This document shows positions 50,418 to 64,000 of a DNA stretch of 64,000 nt, piece by piece (positions within the stretch are counted from its first letter, which is position 1; each line of letters opens with the position of its first letter). Under the pieces are notes generated by a model that saw nothing but the letters and a program-made list of their open reading frames with translations, ran no database searches and was not told where the DNA came from. Source of the DNA: Marsupella aquatica (lineage: Eukaryota > Plantae > Marchantiophyta); assembly GCA_973895155.1 (NCBI GenBank), contig OZ316898.1, positions 2,641,927 through 2,705,926 of the forward strand, written 5' to 3'. A program made the translations under genes and the position numbers.

Positions 50418-53400
50418 ATGCACCCTGGTCACCACCCTCCCCAGACCCAGCCCAGGGCACAGGCACTGCCTTTGCATCATCCCACAAGGATATCATGCCA
50501 TGATAATAAGCTTTGGCAGCGTGAAAGGTTACGAACCAGACTTTCAGGAGCCAGTAGGATGAGATGTCCTTGTGCAATCTGGCAAGGATCCCGTACCAGG
50601 GGTCTGAATGAGGTTTGGCGGCATATCACGGTTCATGGAAGAGATCCACGACATCGAGTTTGGAATGATCCTGCAGAGGAAGATTCTTCCGACGAGGAGT
50701 GGAGGTTAGAATTTGATGCTGCCAATGCTGCAAGACGGGCAAGTGAGGTTCTGCCTGGTGCATTTGAAAATGTTGTAGCTGGTCTCTGTGGGTTGTCAGC
50801 TCTCCAACGGGATGGTGCTCAGGCAGCACCACGTGACGAAGGAATTCATGTGGAAGAGATGGTGAGAGACATCTTCCAAGACTTGCATTTCATGATGGGC
50901 TGGACAATGAAGAGGATACGGCTGCAGATGCAAGTGTGCCCCCTGTCGAAGAGCCTCTTGATGAGTTTGAGATAGGGCAGGAAACCCCTGGGCATGATGG
51001 GATGTTTGGCTCTCCCCTGCAAATACAGGAAGGCAGGAAGTCTTTGTACCCCGGTAGCAAATGTTCTAAACTGGGATTTGTCATCATGTTCCTGAATATT
51101 TGCGGCAACCACAATGTCCCCAACGTTTTGGTTTCTGAGTTGTTGGCATTCTTGCGAACAACTGTGCTACCAGATGGTAATATTTTGCCCAAGAACATGT
51201 ACGAGGCAAAAAGATGCATATCTAATCTTGGATTGAACTATGATTCGATCCATGCCTCTCCTGATGGGCATGTTCTTTTCAGAAAGGAGTATAAAGAATC
51301 GTTGACATGCCCTAAGTGTGGGAAGCACAGGTATCGGAACTCAGGAAAGTCTATGGTTCCCGCCAAGGTACTTCGTCATTTTCCACTCATTCCCAGACTT
51401 CAGCGGATGTTCAGAAGCCGTGCCATCTCGGAGATGATGACTTGGGCAACTGACAAGAAAAGTGATGATGGGCTACAACGACATGCTGCAGATTCAAGGC
51501 AATGGAAACTCATAGATGAGATGTATCCCGAATTTGCTGCTGAGCCAAGGAATGTCAGACTTGGGCTGTCATTGGATGGGGTAAACCCATTTGGAGACAA
51601 GAACAACAAATTTTCGTGCTGGCCTGTAACTATTTTGAATTATAACCTTCCTCCTTGGATGACTACAAAGCGATTTTTTGTTCTGATGGTCCTACTGATA
51701 CCAGGGCCAGACAGTGCTATATCTGCCAACATAGATGTGTTTCTGGCTCCCCTAGTGGAGGAATTGAGAAAGCTTTGGGAGGAAGGAGTTCTCACATATG
51801 ATGTCCTACAGAGGCTTGGGAGGTTAAACCCATTCATCCTTAGAGCCATTGTCATTCTGACTATAGCTGACTACCCAGCCCATGGGATGATATCAGGCCA
51901 AACAACAAAAGGATATTGTGCTTGTACTATCTGTGGGCGCAATGTCACCAGTGAGTACTCCAGAGCCCTGCAGAAAGTGATATACATGGGCCATCGTCAT
52001 TTTCTGAAGGCAGATCACCCTTACAGAGAAAGACAGGCACTGATTGCACACTTTGGCAATGAGATTGAGCAACGTGGACCCCCGGCACGAGTGACCAAAG
52101 AGGAGATCAGGCAGTGGGGAGCACTGAGGGATGACTATATCAAACGAGGGGGCAGGGAAGATGGAGTGAGTGATCCAATAAAGCGATATGGTGTAAAAAG
52201 ACTGAGCATATTGGACTTGGAGCTCAAGTACTGGAGGGTAAGCCTCTTGGAGTTGATGCTAATTGGGATACATGTTTTGGTTCAGAGCATGTGCATTCAT
52301 TTCGAAGAGAGAGACTAAACTTGAGGCATTTCCTGACGCTTTTGCATTGCAACGATGCAGGAGTTTGAGCCAAGCAAACATAACATTGATGTTATGCACA
52401 TTGAAAAGAATATTTGTGAGAGTCTACTCAGATTCTTGTGTGGAGAGAAAGACACTGGTCCAGTGAGATTGGATCTTGAACAGAGGGGAATGAAACCCCA
52501 TCTTTGGTTGAGGCCACATGCCCACAGAGCTGATGTGCTCTTGAAGTACCAAGCGCCCTATGTTCTGACAGACACAGAGTGGGAACTATTTGTGCAGAGG
52601 TTGAGTTCTTTGAAGGTTCCTTCAAACTATGGCAGTGCTTTCAAGAAGCATATCATGACTAGAAAGCTTGGTAGTATGAAAAGCCATGACTACCATATGT
52701 TGATGCAACAGGTGTTGCCTTTATGCCTGAGGGGCCTGTTGCAGAAGCCTGTTCGTACTGTGATCATGCGACTCAATGATGTGTTTCGTCGTATTTGTGT
52801 GAAGGTTTGGGATGAAACACACTTCCCACAACTGACAGAAGATGTCGCTCAGGTGCTGTGTGACCTGGAGATTTATTTTCCTCCCGCATTTTTTGATGTC
52901 ATGACCCACCTACTTGTCCATGTTGTGGAAGAGGTACACCAATTTGGGCCTGTGAGTGCTCGTTGGTTGTACCCTTTGGAACGGTACATGAAGCTACTCA
53001 AAGGTCACGTGAGAACATATTACAAACCTGAAGCAAGCATGGCTAAAGGTTACATCAAGGATGAGACTCTGGGATTTCTGACCGAATACATAGCACAATA
53101 TGAGCATGTGAAGACCAGGGTGTGGAATTCTGATGAGGAGGAAGGGGTGATAGGTGAAGTACTGGAAGGGGCTGCAACCACAAAGAACCTGACCATATCT
53201 ATGAGAGACTTGGCACATGACTTTGTATTGCACAACACTGTGGTGATGGAACCCTGGATACAGTGAGTGCATACATGTGCTATAATCCAGTTCATGAGCT
53301 TAAATGTTGTGTTCGTGTGGTTTTCTCCTTCAGCCTGTTCATGTTTACCCAAGCTAATGCTGTGTGGTTGTTCGTTCAGGGAGTATGAGTCATTGAAGGT

Positions 53401-54145
53401 GGCCCATCCCACTGTAGGAACAACTTTTCCAGGTTTCATGGAGTGGATCAGAGTGGCAATTAGAGAGCATCACGAGACCCACCCAGACATGGATGCAGAT
53501 GTTTACCTACTGTCTAATGCCCCTAGCCTGAAAGTGAAGACTTACAAACGGATGAGAGCATATGGGAATCACTTCCGAGTGAAGGATGGTGACAGTGCCT
53601 ACAGGGTGACGAATGACTGCGGGCTCATCACTGTATTTGAGCAACAGAGCCACAATCACGACAGGGCCTGGATGGAGATGGGATATGTGGGAGAATTAGT
53701 TGACATATGGGCTCTGGACTATGGGGCGGTGTCCAGTCCTGTGATACTTATGAAAGGTTCATGGGTGCGGCAGGATTGGCTTGGTAACAGGGCTACCATG
53801 AAGAGAGACAACGACAGTTTCTTGCTGGCCAATTTCAGAGGGAAATTGCCCGAATGGTCTGAGCCATTTGTGTTTCCTAGTCAGGTGGAGCAAGCTTTCT
53901 TCCTGGATGTGGAAGACTCCCCAGGTTGGCGTGTAGTGTGTCATAAACAGGCCAGGCAACGTCGGATGGAAGGATCAAACCTTGAGTTTCATTTACACTC
54001 TCATAGTGCCTTTGATCGTCGGCGTTCAGACCAAGTGCCTGTAGTTCATGATAGCGGGGACTTCATTCCTGTGACAAGGGTAGATGCATTTGCTGAAGGA
54101 GGCGAATTCAGAGATGCAGATGTCAACAGTGTGCCTGTGCCATGA
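50418..54145 (+). CDS. CACTA transposase (TnpD) of element C, 3 exons, one frameshift near 50890-50935
   Basis: DGVNPF, DYPA, DVMHIEKN, FPPAFFDVMTHL and EPFVFPSQVEQAFF. Introns at about 52239-52360 and 53263-53379. Collinear with 27129-30829. Confidence 0.92.
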
Positions 54146-54300
54146 GTAATGTGAATTGTTTGCATGGACATTAGTGAGGGGAAGGATGTGTAATAAAGTA
54201 ATTCTGAAGCAACACAGATGTATGGATGGATGCCTGGTGATTGTGGTTGCATTGTGTTATACGGGGTGACCATAGATGACATGTTTTTGTGGTCCAGTAG

Positions 54301-57300
54301 GATGGAACAGAGTGACACAGAGATGTGTGAGTATGAAAGGAAAGCTATGGAACAACGAGCATACGTGAAAGCCAAAATCGCAGAACTGGATCTGGAAAAG
54401 GATGTGGCTGAATTGTAAGGGAACGATTCTCAACTACACCCCTCCGCTGAGTTTGTGTGACATGAATAGTTCAATGTGGCACTGAAATTGTGACTGTATT
54501 CTCATATTGGAATGTCGCAGAGCCACAGCATTTTCAAAGAAACAAAAGGAGTACGCAAGAAGGGTGACCAGCACTATCTCTGGGCCTGTGCGTCGGAGTG
54601 ACAGGTTGAGCAAGAAGGTCGTACCTACAATGGCAGAATGTGGAGATGACATTGATGCTGCACAGGTGGGTGCAGACACTAGACAAGAAGATGCAGATGA
54701 TGAGTATTTTCCAGAGGAAATGGATGAGGATGGGGGTTATGAAGATGAATACATTGCAGAGCAGCCCCAAAAGAAACATGTAAGTAGTTTTCCCAACAAG
54801 GTTTTGAGTTAAAAACTCTTGTTTAGAGGTTTCATATGTTCAGTACTACACATATGTACCTTGCTTAGTTCCTGACATTGTAGTTGGTGATGTGATGCAG
54901 CGTCCTGCCAGTTCTGTTTTGCCTTTGAAGCCTGTGCATGCACCATACCAGCAGGGGGGGCTGACCTCTGATCAAGGTTGGCGAGGTGGTAGTAGTGGTA
55001 GATCCCAGGCTGGTGCCCAATACTATGGCAGGGGGCAAGCTCTAGGTTATGCCCGTGGTAGAGGCAGAGCAGGTCCAAACCCACAATCTCGTGGGTATGG
55101 ACGTCCACCTCAACCATGGGGATGTGAGTATATATCTATATGCCAGTTCTTTGTGAAGGCATGGCACTCCTGAATTTCAGACTGCATATCAATTTTTGAC
55201 ATTGTTTGGGATGTATTGGATTCAGACAACATGAAATTCTGTCCACCTGCCATTGCATGCAGATTCTGCCCAACCTGATTGGGCAAATGCTAGTAATGAT
55301 CAGTTCCAATGTCCACAAGGACAGACATGGGTTGAACCAGGTTGGGAGGATGGTGGTGGGTCGTGGAATGAACAAGGTTGGGAAGGTGGTGAAGGTAATT
55401 GGCAGGGATATCAAAATTCAGTACCTACAAACTCTGGAAGAGGAGCAGGTAATGTCTGATCTTGTCAACAATGGAAGAACTCATTATATGTGGAGTCCAT
55501 TCACGTGGGGGGGACTCTGCACATGTATAATGATAGAAAATGTATGTGTGCAGGTTGGACAGTCGAACCATCGACTCAAGTATTCACTAATGCCCCTATG
55601 CAGATGCAGCACGGAAGGGGGACAGGTATGTCGGTGAATGTTCAGTTGTTTTCCTACAGTTTGTACTTAGTTTTCAGTACATATGTTTGCACACACATAC
55701 CTAGAAAGTGACATCATCCGGCCCCTGTACTAGGCTGGACAGGTGGTCCAGGGTCGCAACAATTTCAGAGTGCAGTCCCTGCACAGGCATCTACAGGCAG
55801 AGCTACAGGTATGTATGTTTGAAGAATTTTTCTTGAAGTGAAGCATTGAATGTTGCCGTCATCCATTCTGCTATATGTAGTTCTCAAGCATGAATGGCAT
55901 TGTATTTTCCCAGGTGGCTTCAGAACCCCAGGTAGGGTGAATGAAGGGGTGGCCAATACAACGCCCAGTACTACCGAGAGCAGTGCACGAGGGGAGGTGA
56001 CAAAGAAAGGGAACGTAAAGTTGAATGAGAGACAATGGGTGGATGCTGAGTGTCCTCGCAAGAACCGATGGCATGCTGATTTGAAAGCTGAAGTATTGCG
56101 TTGGTTAGATGTGAGTGTTATTAATTTTAAAAAACAGCATCCAAAAGATTGGAAGACTGTATGTGAAAATGTTGCTGCCAAATGGAATTATGTGGGTAGT
56201 GATGATGGCGTGGACATAGGTTGCCTAGAGAGTACAGCAGGTAAAATTATCAAGCAAGAGAGGTGGAGAATGCATAAGGCTTGGAAGGAAGGTGGGGAGA
56301 AGCCAGATATGCCTCCACCAGCCAGTTGTGATGATAAAGTGTGGGCAAGGTTAGTAGCTTATTTTGTAACAGATGCTTCAAAAAAGAAGAGTTCACAGAT
56401 GACCGAGGCCAGGTTGAGTGTTCAGAACCCTAATCTGACAGGAAGGACCGGCATTGCACCGACAGCTAAACGTTTGGTAAGAATGAATGGCCTAGCTATG
56501 TAATTTATGCTACACTATGTACTATTTTTTAGTGTAAACCCATACATGTAAACTTTGTTTTTTAGTGTACGTTCCCTGAATATTGATCGATAACTTGTGT
56601 TTGCCATGCATGTGCAGAAAGCCCAATTGGGGCAAAGCCCTTCAAAAGAAGAGTTGAGGGCTGAAATTGTGAACACCCGGGCTCAAGAGGGTGCATCTGA
56701 ATCCTCCAAGCATGTAAGTTATATGAGTTCTGATTGGTAATTGAATGACCTGCGTTGAATTTCAGGTGTACACTGTATATAACATTGATTGTGCATATAT
56801 TGCCCAACATTTCATATGAAGTGATTGAACCTATACCCCTGTGTCATGTAGGGAGGTGGATCTTCACTTACAGAGATAAGTGGTCGTTTGAAGGCTGTCG
56901 AAACATGTCTTCCAGAGATCAATGAACGTTTGAATTCATTGACTGACTTGTTCCATGTGAACTTCAAGACATTAATGGAAGCTGTTGTGTCGGTGAGAGA
57001 TAAAATTGATTCCAATTCTGCAGGAGTTCCACCATCACCACTTGAGGTGGCAAAGTCGATGCACTCTTCTGGCATGCCAACGACATGTAGGCTTGAAGGT
57101 AAGGCCTTTACAATTGTGTGGGATATGATTATTAAATGTATAGTTTGAATTGACATTGTTTGTTGAATGTGTTATTTTCAGTAACATATATTGTGGTTGT
57201 TGTGTCCATAGAGAATAAGACAGGTGCTACAGAGAAGAAGTATGAGAACCTGGCAAATACTCGCTGTAATTTAGAGGCAACAAAGTTGCAGTCTGTACAA

Positions 57301-58008
57301 GCAACTTGTTTGACAGAGGGCAGTCAACCATGTTTGGATGAGGATGACATTGGCAAGGGAGTGGATGATATCAATGTTGGGGCAAATGAGGATATCAGCA
57401 AGCATGACAATGATACCATTGAGCCAGATTCATGCTATGTAGATCTTGACTCCATTGCAGAGATAAATGATTTGCAGAATGTATCATTCTCAATGACAGG
57501 TGTGCCTCTTGTTGAGATAAATCCAACCAAAGAGTTAGTTGGTATGACACTCCCAGGTGATGAACCTGCTACTGTGACAGTCCTAACAGAGGAACCTACT
57601 GAGCCTAGCTTCACTACTGTGAAGAGAGGAAGCATGCGCACACGAAGCAAGTCTGCTGGTGGGAGCAGAGCCACGTCAAAGGTTTCATACAAACCTCCAA
57701 GAACAGTGTTGGCAGAAAGATCTAAGGTGGAAGTGGGGAAAGCACCTAATGCTGAGGGACAAAGTGACTTGTTAGCTGTTGATGAGAGTGGAACACGAGT
57801 AGGATTTGCCAGAGTGCAGGTTGGTTCCACAACGTTCCATGGCAAGAGGATTCCCCCAGGTTATTCAGTAGTGTTAGTCACATTACTAGTGAAACCTAAA
57901 GCTGTCCTTCCCATTCCAAACACAAATGATGATCCTCCTCAAAAGACACTTGGAGATGCTGCAGGTTCTTTGGTATTATGGCCAAGCAAGTTCATAGAGG
58001 ATCCATAA
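54301..58008 (+). CDS. CACTA TnpA-like multi-exon gene of element C
   Basis: Several short exons. KNRWHADLKAEVLRWLD and FHGKRIPPGYSVV..LPIPNTNDDPPQ..GDAAGSLVLWP match the element B gene. Confidence 0.75.
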
Positions 58009-58866
58009 CAATGTCATGCCATTATTTGTTTGTAGTGTGAGTCATGTTATGTAGATTTTAGATGTCAAGAAGCAGTACAAGAATCATGTCCTCTTGGAGA
58101 TTCATAGTATCATGCATGTGCTTTCAGTTATCTCATCCTACAGTCATCAATTATGAGTTCCTGTTTTGTCTAAATTACATTGATCACATTGTAAACTATT
58201 CCATTGGAATTCAAATGATCTTCATTTTTTAGCAAGATTGTGATTGTGTTTAATTCTTATGAATGTTTTATGTAGGATCTGCTTATATGATGCTTTGTTT
58301 CATGTGGATGTCATTCATGCTATGTTCATTTCTTGTATTCAATGTGTTATATTTCTAAAGTTAGAACATCAGGTTTCTATGTATTGTAATGTCGAGTGCT
58401 CTCTCTCCTTATGAACTGTCCCTCTGTGTTCATTAGTCATGGTTATAACTTGCATGTGAACCTTATTAGTTATAAACATGAGTATATAGAGTCCCAAATG
58501 GTTCTGTTGTGTGACGCGGGCCAGGGTCTCCATTGGTCTCTCCTGTGACACTAAATAGTCACACGCTAGTCGTTGTTGAATGCGGGTAAGTCATGTATGT
58601 GACTTACGATGTGACTCGCTGAAGTCATATTGCAGTCACGTCGAAACAAGGCTAGACTCCACAATAAAGTCACAGATCAGTCACAAATGGGTATCAAGCA
58701 AGTTGCAAAGCCCAGTATCAATAGTGACTTCCATTTTTTGGTCTCAACTTTTGCAACTCCAAGGGTCACAGCGTGGGTCAAGTCACGTTGAGTCACAATG
58801 AAGTCACATGAGCCAAAATGAGTCATATATTGCGGTCTCAGTTCACCTCGGATTCTTCTAGTGAAC

Positions 58867-58998
58867 ACTCAGCGCCGCGACCCCTCAATATTGAGTGCCC
58901 TAAAAAAAACTGTTCCGGGTGTACCTAGTTCCAGTGCGCCTGAGCCCTTCGCGAGGCTGCCTGGCCGGTCAGATATTTTTGCATATTTGAGACGCCCC
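58867..58998 (-). mobile_element. Probable terminus of the Harbinger-like element split by CACTA C
   Basis: Ends ttgagacgcccc (reverse complement GGGGCGTCTCAA), exactly where homology to the 8984 repeat resumes. Confidence 0.5.
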
Positions 58999-59093
58999 TA
59001 TTATATATACCTCTTTAAAGTTTAGGTATGATCCATCTCAAGGGATAATCCAAGTTTTTAACTGGCACTGATTAGTTGGCCAGGGGATGAGCC

Positions 59094-60165
59094 TGTGGGG
59101 AGAAATCAGATCAGGAAAAACACTCCAAACATACATGTGCTCAATAGTTACGTGGTTCGCCTCAAGGTTGGCTACGTCCACGGGAAGACCAAGCTTTATT
59201 AACGGTTATGTGTCTACTCAAGCATCACCATAGCTCTCATCTCTTTAAGCTCTCATCTCTTGCTATATCACTGTGTTCTCTCTTGAGAACTCTCTTGTGT
59301 GTTCTCACACCACATAGAAGTTGAAGAGATAAAGACCAACTCTTCAACTAGGGTTTACTCTAACCCTAGTTAACATACTAACCATAGTTCAACCCAAGAC
59401 TGAGTTAACCTCTACAAACTCCCCCTTGACTCACGTCTTGGGAGGGTTCATAACATTGTCTTTTCCTTATAAGTTCCTCCGCGGGAAGTTCAAGACAGTA
59501 GGGCCAAAAAACCCTCCCCCTAATGCAAGGGTTAACTAGAACTAAGCTGTAGCCGATAAGCCATCGGATGGAGTACTCATATAGAGACATTTTCTTGGTG
59601 AACTCTATATTTCCAATATTTGTAAATAATTACAATGCCTTGAAAAACTATTGGAGTCTAATACTTTGGTAAAAGCATCCGCTGGATTAAGCTTTCCATC
59701 AATATTGACAAGCTCAAATTCATCATCCGATAATGCCTGTCGGATAAAATGATAGCGGACATCAATGTGCTTACCCTGTCATCCATCACCTGATTCTTGG
59801 CAGTGTAAATTGCACTTTGACTGTCACAATGAAGATATACACACTCCTGTGATAAACCCATCTCCGTGACAAGCTTTTTTAACCAAATGGTCTCTGATGC
59901 TGCTTCTGCTGCTGCTACATACTCGGCATCCATAGTAGACTTTGCAACACACTTTTGGAGAGTAGACTTCCAACTAATGCATCCACCAGCAAGTGTAAAT
60001 ACATATCCAGTTGTTGATCTCCTCTTATCCAGATCACCTGCGTAGTCCGCATCCACATAACCTTGAAGCACTTTCATATTGTTTGAACTTGCATCAAACA
60101 ATAAACCCTTCTTAGTGGAACCTCAGATGTAGCGCAAAATCCATTTCACTGCTTCCCAATGAACT
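59094..60165 (-). mobile_element. Ty1/Copia 3' end: LTR 59094-59416, PPT 59417-59427, decayed RT-RNaseH
   Basis: TG...CA 323-bp LTR, minus-strand PPT aagggggagtt, and HWEAVKWILRY..GYVDADYAGDLDKRRSTTGYVF..ISWKS..AEY..LHCDSQSAI. Confidence 0.92.
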
Positions 60166-62401
60166 TGTAATTAGGTGATTATTCCAAAAAGAGAGTTAAA
60201 GTATCAAAACCATAAATTTTAAAAATTTTTAAGTTTTTATAAGGCCCTTTAAGCAAAATTAAGTTAGTATAAGCTCAAATGGGTAAGGATACCATTGGAA
60301 GATGTCAAGGCTACTCTGGTTTTCACATATTAGACGTCAAGACGGCAAGAAGTTGAAAGGAGCTTCAAAAATGAGGTGACGGCCTGGACGGCCTCCTCGT
60401 AGGGACGGCCTCCTCACAAAAGACGGCAAAGACGGCGCCGGCTTGGACGGCTTCTACACAGGGACAACACCCATTTTTTGCCAAGGACGGCCGACTCCTT
60501 CCGTGCCGGCCCGCATGAAAAACTCGAGGACATCTTGGACGGCCTCCACATAGGGACGTCCGGGACGTCCACCCCGCCACGACCTAATGTGACGTCCGCG
60601 CCGGCCCAAACCTTTTTCTCCAGTTTTCTTTGAGGGACGTCCATGGCGGCCGGCAGTAGGGCGCGAGCTTTGACCCTCAGTGCTCACTCGTTAGACCACC
60701 ATTCGAGCTCATTTCAATTGCTATAGGAGCGCAGCTGCCTAGAGAATGTTCACCCCAATTCTGAACTGCTATTGATGAGACGTTGAGGAGTATTGGGTCA
60801 TCGATGCTCTCTGATTTCTTGGAATTGAAGAAATTGCAATTTTGAGAGCTTCGCCTGATTATAGCTCCTTCATTTCTATCTCTTTTCAGTTCATTCCTTC
60901 TCCCATAGTAGCGCAGCTACCTTAGATCCTTGAGATTTCATTCTTGAGCCTCCATGCTTAACCGTTCTTAGGAGGAGAGCTCTAGAGCCTTCTCAGATTT
61001 TCTGAGCTATGGCCACCAGAAGCTTACCAATTAGTAAGGCCATCAGGGTGACCTTACCTCCAGGTCCTAAGGCTTACTTTAGACTCCTTAGTAACCTGGT
61101 AGAGATGGGCTTGAGTTCCTTACTTTTTCTTCCTTGGGATATGGTGCATGGGTCCATCATTGCCGATTTTCTTCGTCCACCCCGAGCTGGCACTTTTCGG
61201 AGTTCTACTAGAGGTTCAGCTGATGTGTGTACCACCGCCGTTGTTTTTGAGGTGTACCAGTTGAGCCAGGAGGGAGAGAGACTTATCTCTGTTGGAGAGG
61301 ACTTGACTGTCCCCTATTTTAGAGGTACCAGGGACCGGAGGTCTGGTTGGAAGATTGATCAGTGCAGGAACCGGGAGTTAGCTCATCTACTCCGATTCCT
61401 TGTACCTATCTTTCATCCGACCAAACCCACCAGGGCTATGGTTTACTTGACCAGCTCTATCATTGTATCATGGACCGGCAAGAGGAGGATCAACTGGGTC
61501 TTAGCTCTTTTGGAGGTGATCGCCAAGCAGGTGGCTGTCTTGTCTACTACCAGTGATACCTATCTGACACCCTACTTGGCGCACATTTACTTTTTGAGAG
61601 GCTGCTTGTTACCAGTGGAGCTGAGCGATTGGAGGAGGAGAGCGAGACACTTTGAGCTACCTCAGCCAGAGTTAGCGAGAGAGTTGACTCCACCACCGAC
61701 GACATCTCCGAGACCCCCTCCAGTGGAGCAGACGACAGCACCAGATCTACCAGGGATGACTTCTCCCTCTTTTGTTGCTTCCACTTCTTACACGTCATGG
61801 ACTGATTTTGTTGGTGATGCTGAGCGACTAGCTAGTGTGGCTGGTTTCAACCAGCATTTGGTCGATGAGGCCACTAGACTCTTGAGTTGTACCCCTCTAC
61901 AGTTGCTTGACTGTATTCGTGCTTTGCTTTCCAAGTCTCATACCGTCCCACCCCCTCATGTTTCACCCCTTGCACCTTCACCACAGCCTGATCACCCTAG
62001 CTATGGATGTGGATGAGCTGGAGCTACCTATTGCTGACCCTTCACTCCCTCCTCCATCCTCACCTACACCCCCTCTACCTGATCCCATTCTTTCCCCTAT
62101 CCCTCCTACATTTTCACCTGAGCACCCTCCATCTCCTACCCCTGAGCCTTTACCCCCTTCACCAGTACCCCCTCCAGATCCATTTTCCTCTATTGAGGAT
62201 ACCACCCTATCACCCCTTGATGATTCATTTTCCTCTCCTACCATGGAAGGAGATGAACCTATTCCTGAACCTATTCCCGAGACTGGGCCTGAGCCTGAGA
62301 CTATAGAGCCTCCCAGTGTACCATTTATAGCTCCTACTCCTTTGATGTCTCAGCCTCCTATTGTCTCTTTTGTTGCCGACATTGAGCCTCTTTTTGTCTT
62401 T
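60166..62401. mobile_element. Second LTR-like insert nested in the Copia RT and cut by CACTA D
   Basis: The Copia reading frame stops at TGTAATTAGG (60166). ggacggcc repeats at 60380-60650, then an accessory ORF. Confidence 0.55.
61009..62401 (+). pseudogene. Retroelement accessory protein related to ORF 33521, with a Pro-rich tail in another frame
   Basis: GLSSLLFLPW..IADFL..GWKIDQCRNRELAHLLRFLVPIFHPTKPTR..INW. Confidence 0.65.
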
Positions 62402-64000
62402 CACTAGTACATTTTTGGGCCTTTATTCGATAGGATTTACATCGGATCCCTTCAGGAAAATTGACGAAAAAATTTCTATCATCCGATGCAATTCCCAACG
62501 CACTTTGCGATGCGTAAACCATCGCATATCGACCATCGGACTTCCATCGGACTTTCCGATATTTTGGACAATGGACATTCCGTTGTAACGTGTTACGGTC
62601 CATATTTTATGTCCGATGTAAAATGAATCGGATAACTAACATGCGACGCACACGACAATTTCCTATGTCCGATACTATTTAGATCGGGATGTCCGATATA
62701 TTTGATATGGAAATTTGCAAAGTAATTTTTATCGGACATTGCGTTATTTATAATAACGGAAAGTGCGTTAGTTTTTGTATCGGACTATCCAATATGTTTA
62801 AGATGGGAACCTTGAAGGAGGGGTCCGATGCGTTGGGGATGGGAAAGTTTGAAGGCAGCAGCATCGGACACTGCTATATTACCGATACGGATGGTAACGG
62901 ACTTGCAATGGATTATCAAATGTTCTGGGGGTGGAATACAGGGTTTCATGGGTGGTTTTTTGGGGGTTTGGGTTTTGGTTTAGGGTTGAAGGTGACATAC
63001 ACCAATTAGGAACCAAAGATAATGCTATAAACACGAGGTCAAAATATCATATTCAAAAAGGGGATCACCCCAATATGTACAAAATGGATTAGGCCTACTG
63101 GGTAGACCCATCCTGGTCGTGATGGCACGATAGAAGATGTAAAGAGAGCTTTGACTAGAGACACACTGAGCTATATACAAGGTACCTCCTAGTGAGTGTC
63201 TAATCAAAGCTGTCTAGCACTAGATACCCGGCCACCTAAATGCAACTAACCTCTAAAAAGGTGTGTTGCGTCCCTTCTTCTTCTTTGGGCGAGAACGAAG
63301 GGGTGGTACAGGTCTAGCATCATGAGAGCCCTCCTCCCTCTGGCTGCCCACAACCGTGGCAGCCACCTGCTCACCAGATGGCATGGGTTGGCCTGATGCA
63401 GGCCTAGACCCTGACCCACTAGATGCACCGCTAGGGTGGTCAGGCAAGGTAGATGTCCCACCAACCCCCGACACGGAAGAGTGAAAGGATGCCTCAGCTC
63501 CTCCTGCAGACCTGCTAGAGTGATGGGATGGTGTGCCGACAGATCCTGTGGGTGGCCCATGTCGTGCTGTACTCCCACCAGACTCACAAGATGGTGCGCG
63601 CCCTCTAGATCCACCATCCGGCATGTCGCCACTACCTTGTCGGGAAGGGCCACCTGCACCAGATACTCCTACACGATCACCTCATCCCATGCCATCACCT
63701 CTACTACCCCCTGAGTGCCTGGGCCCCGCACCCCGTGATGCTCCAGAGCAATGGGAGCCCACACCATCAGCAACATGTGACCCACCCCTCCCTGCTGATG
63801 GGGCAACGGCACCAGATGGGGCAACAATACCTCGGACTTGAGGAGTAGGGGTGACTGTGGGCACCCTCCCCAACCCTGCCTCAACATCCTACTCAGAATC
63901 TGAGTCCAACTCCTCCGACCCAGACCCCTCCTCATCCTGTGCAATAGGGTTTAATTGCAGTTAGAATGAATGGTCCCGACCATAACTCTAACAAATTCAT
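62402..64000 (-). mobile_element. CACTA element D terminus, extending beyond the window
   Basis: CACTAGTACA at 62402, dense atcgga/tccga subterminal repeats at 62430-62900, and a minus-strand exon (about 63253-63936) ending RPKKKKGRNTPF*. Confidence 0.8.

Larger units (their letters stand above)
40644..58863 (+). mobile_element. Complete CACTA element C (18,220 bp) with cargo genes
   Basis: TIRs CACTAGAAGAAACC and (reverse complement) CACTAGAAGAATCC. 3-bp TSD AAC at 40641-40643 and 58864-58866. gtcac/gactc subterminal repeats at both ends. Confidence 0.95.

Noticed and set aside
22959-58863. A single giant CACTA from 22959 to 58863
   Set aside because: The flanks differ (TTT versus AAC). 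The end at 58863 pairs with 40644 by both TIR and TSD.
21303-58863. Pairing the CACTA A end (preceded by AAC) with 58863
   Set aside because: The TIR sequence (CACTACAACA) and subterminal motifs do not match, so the shared AAC is likely coincidental.

Overview
Eukaryotic, TE-dense land-plant DNA, probably from a non-seed plant such as a bryophyte (inferred from the TE protein types). The only clear host gene is an intact 3-exon DOXC-class 2-oxoglutarate/Fe(II) dioxygenase (3533-5003), which lies in a local segmental duplication. The rest is nested transposons: a decayed autonomous Helitron and three non-autonomous Helitrons, a CRE-like LINE fragment, four CACTA (En/Spm) elements, a split Harbinger-like element, a Copia 3' end and two LTR-like segments carrying ORFs. 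The main discovery is a complete 18.2-kb CACTA (40644-58863, TIRs plus AAC target-site duplication). Upstream of its transposase it carries intact accessory genes: a stand-alone EDM2-type composite PHD protein, a tandem BRCT protein resembling the Pol-lambda BRCT, and a Cys-rich ORF. A diverged sister CACTA (22959 to about 33213) keeps the BRCT gene in the same position and adds an F-box ORF. Together these suggest a conserved, modular transposon-encoded toolkit for reading chromatin, engaging DNA repair and recruiting ubiquitin ligases. A second unexplained module (about 18.5-21.3 kb) is a cluster of intronless orphan and F-box ORFs marked by a repeated 16-bp perfect palindrome. All family assignments come from motif recognition, not database searches.
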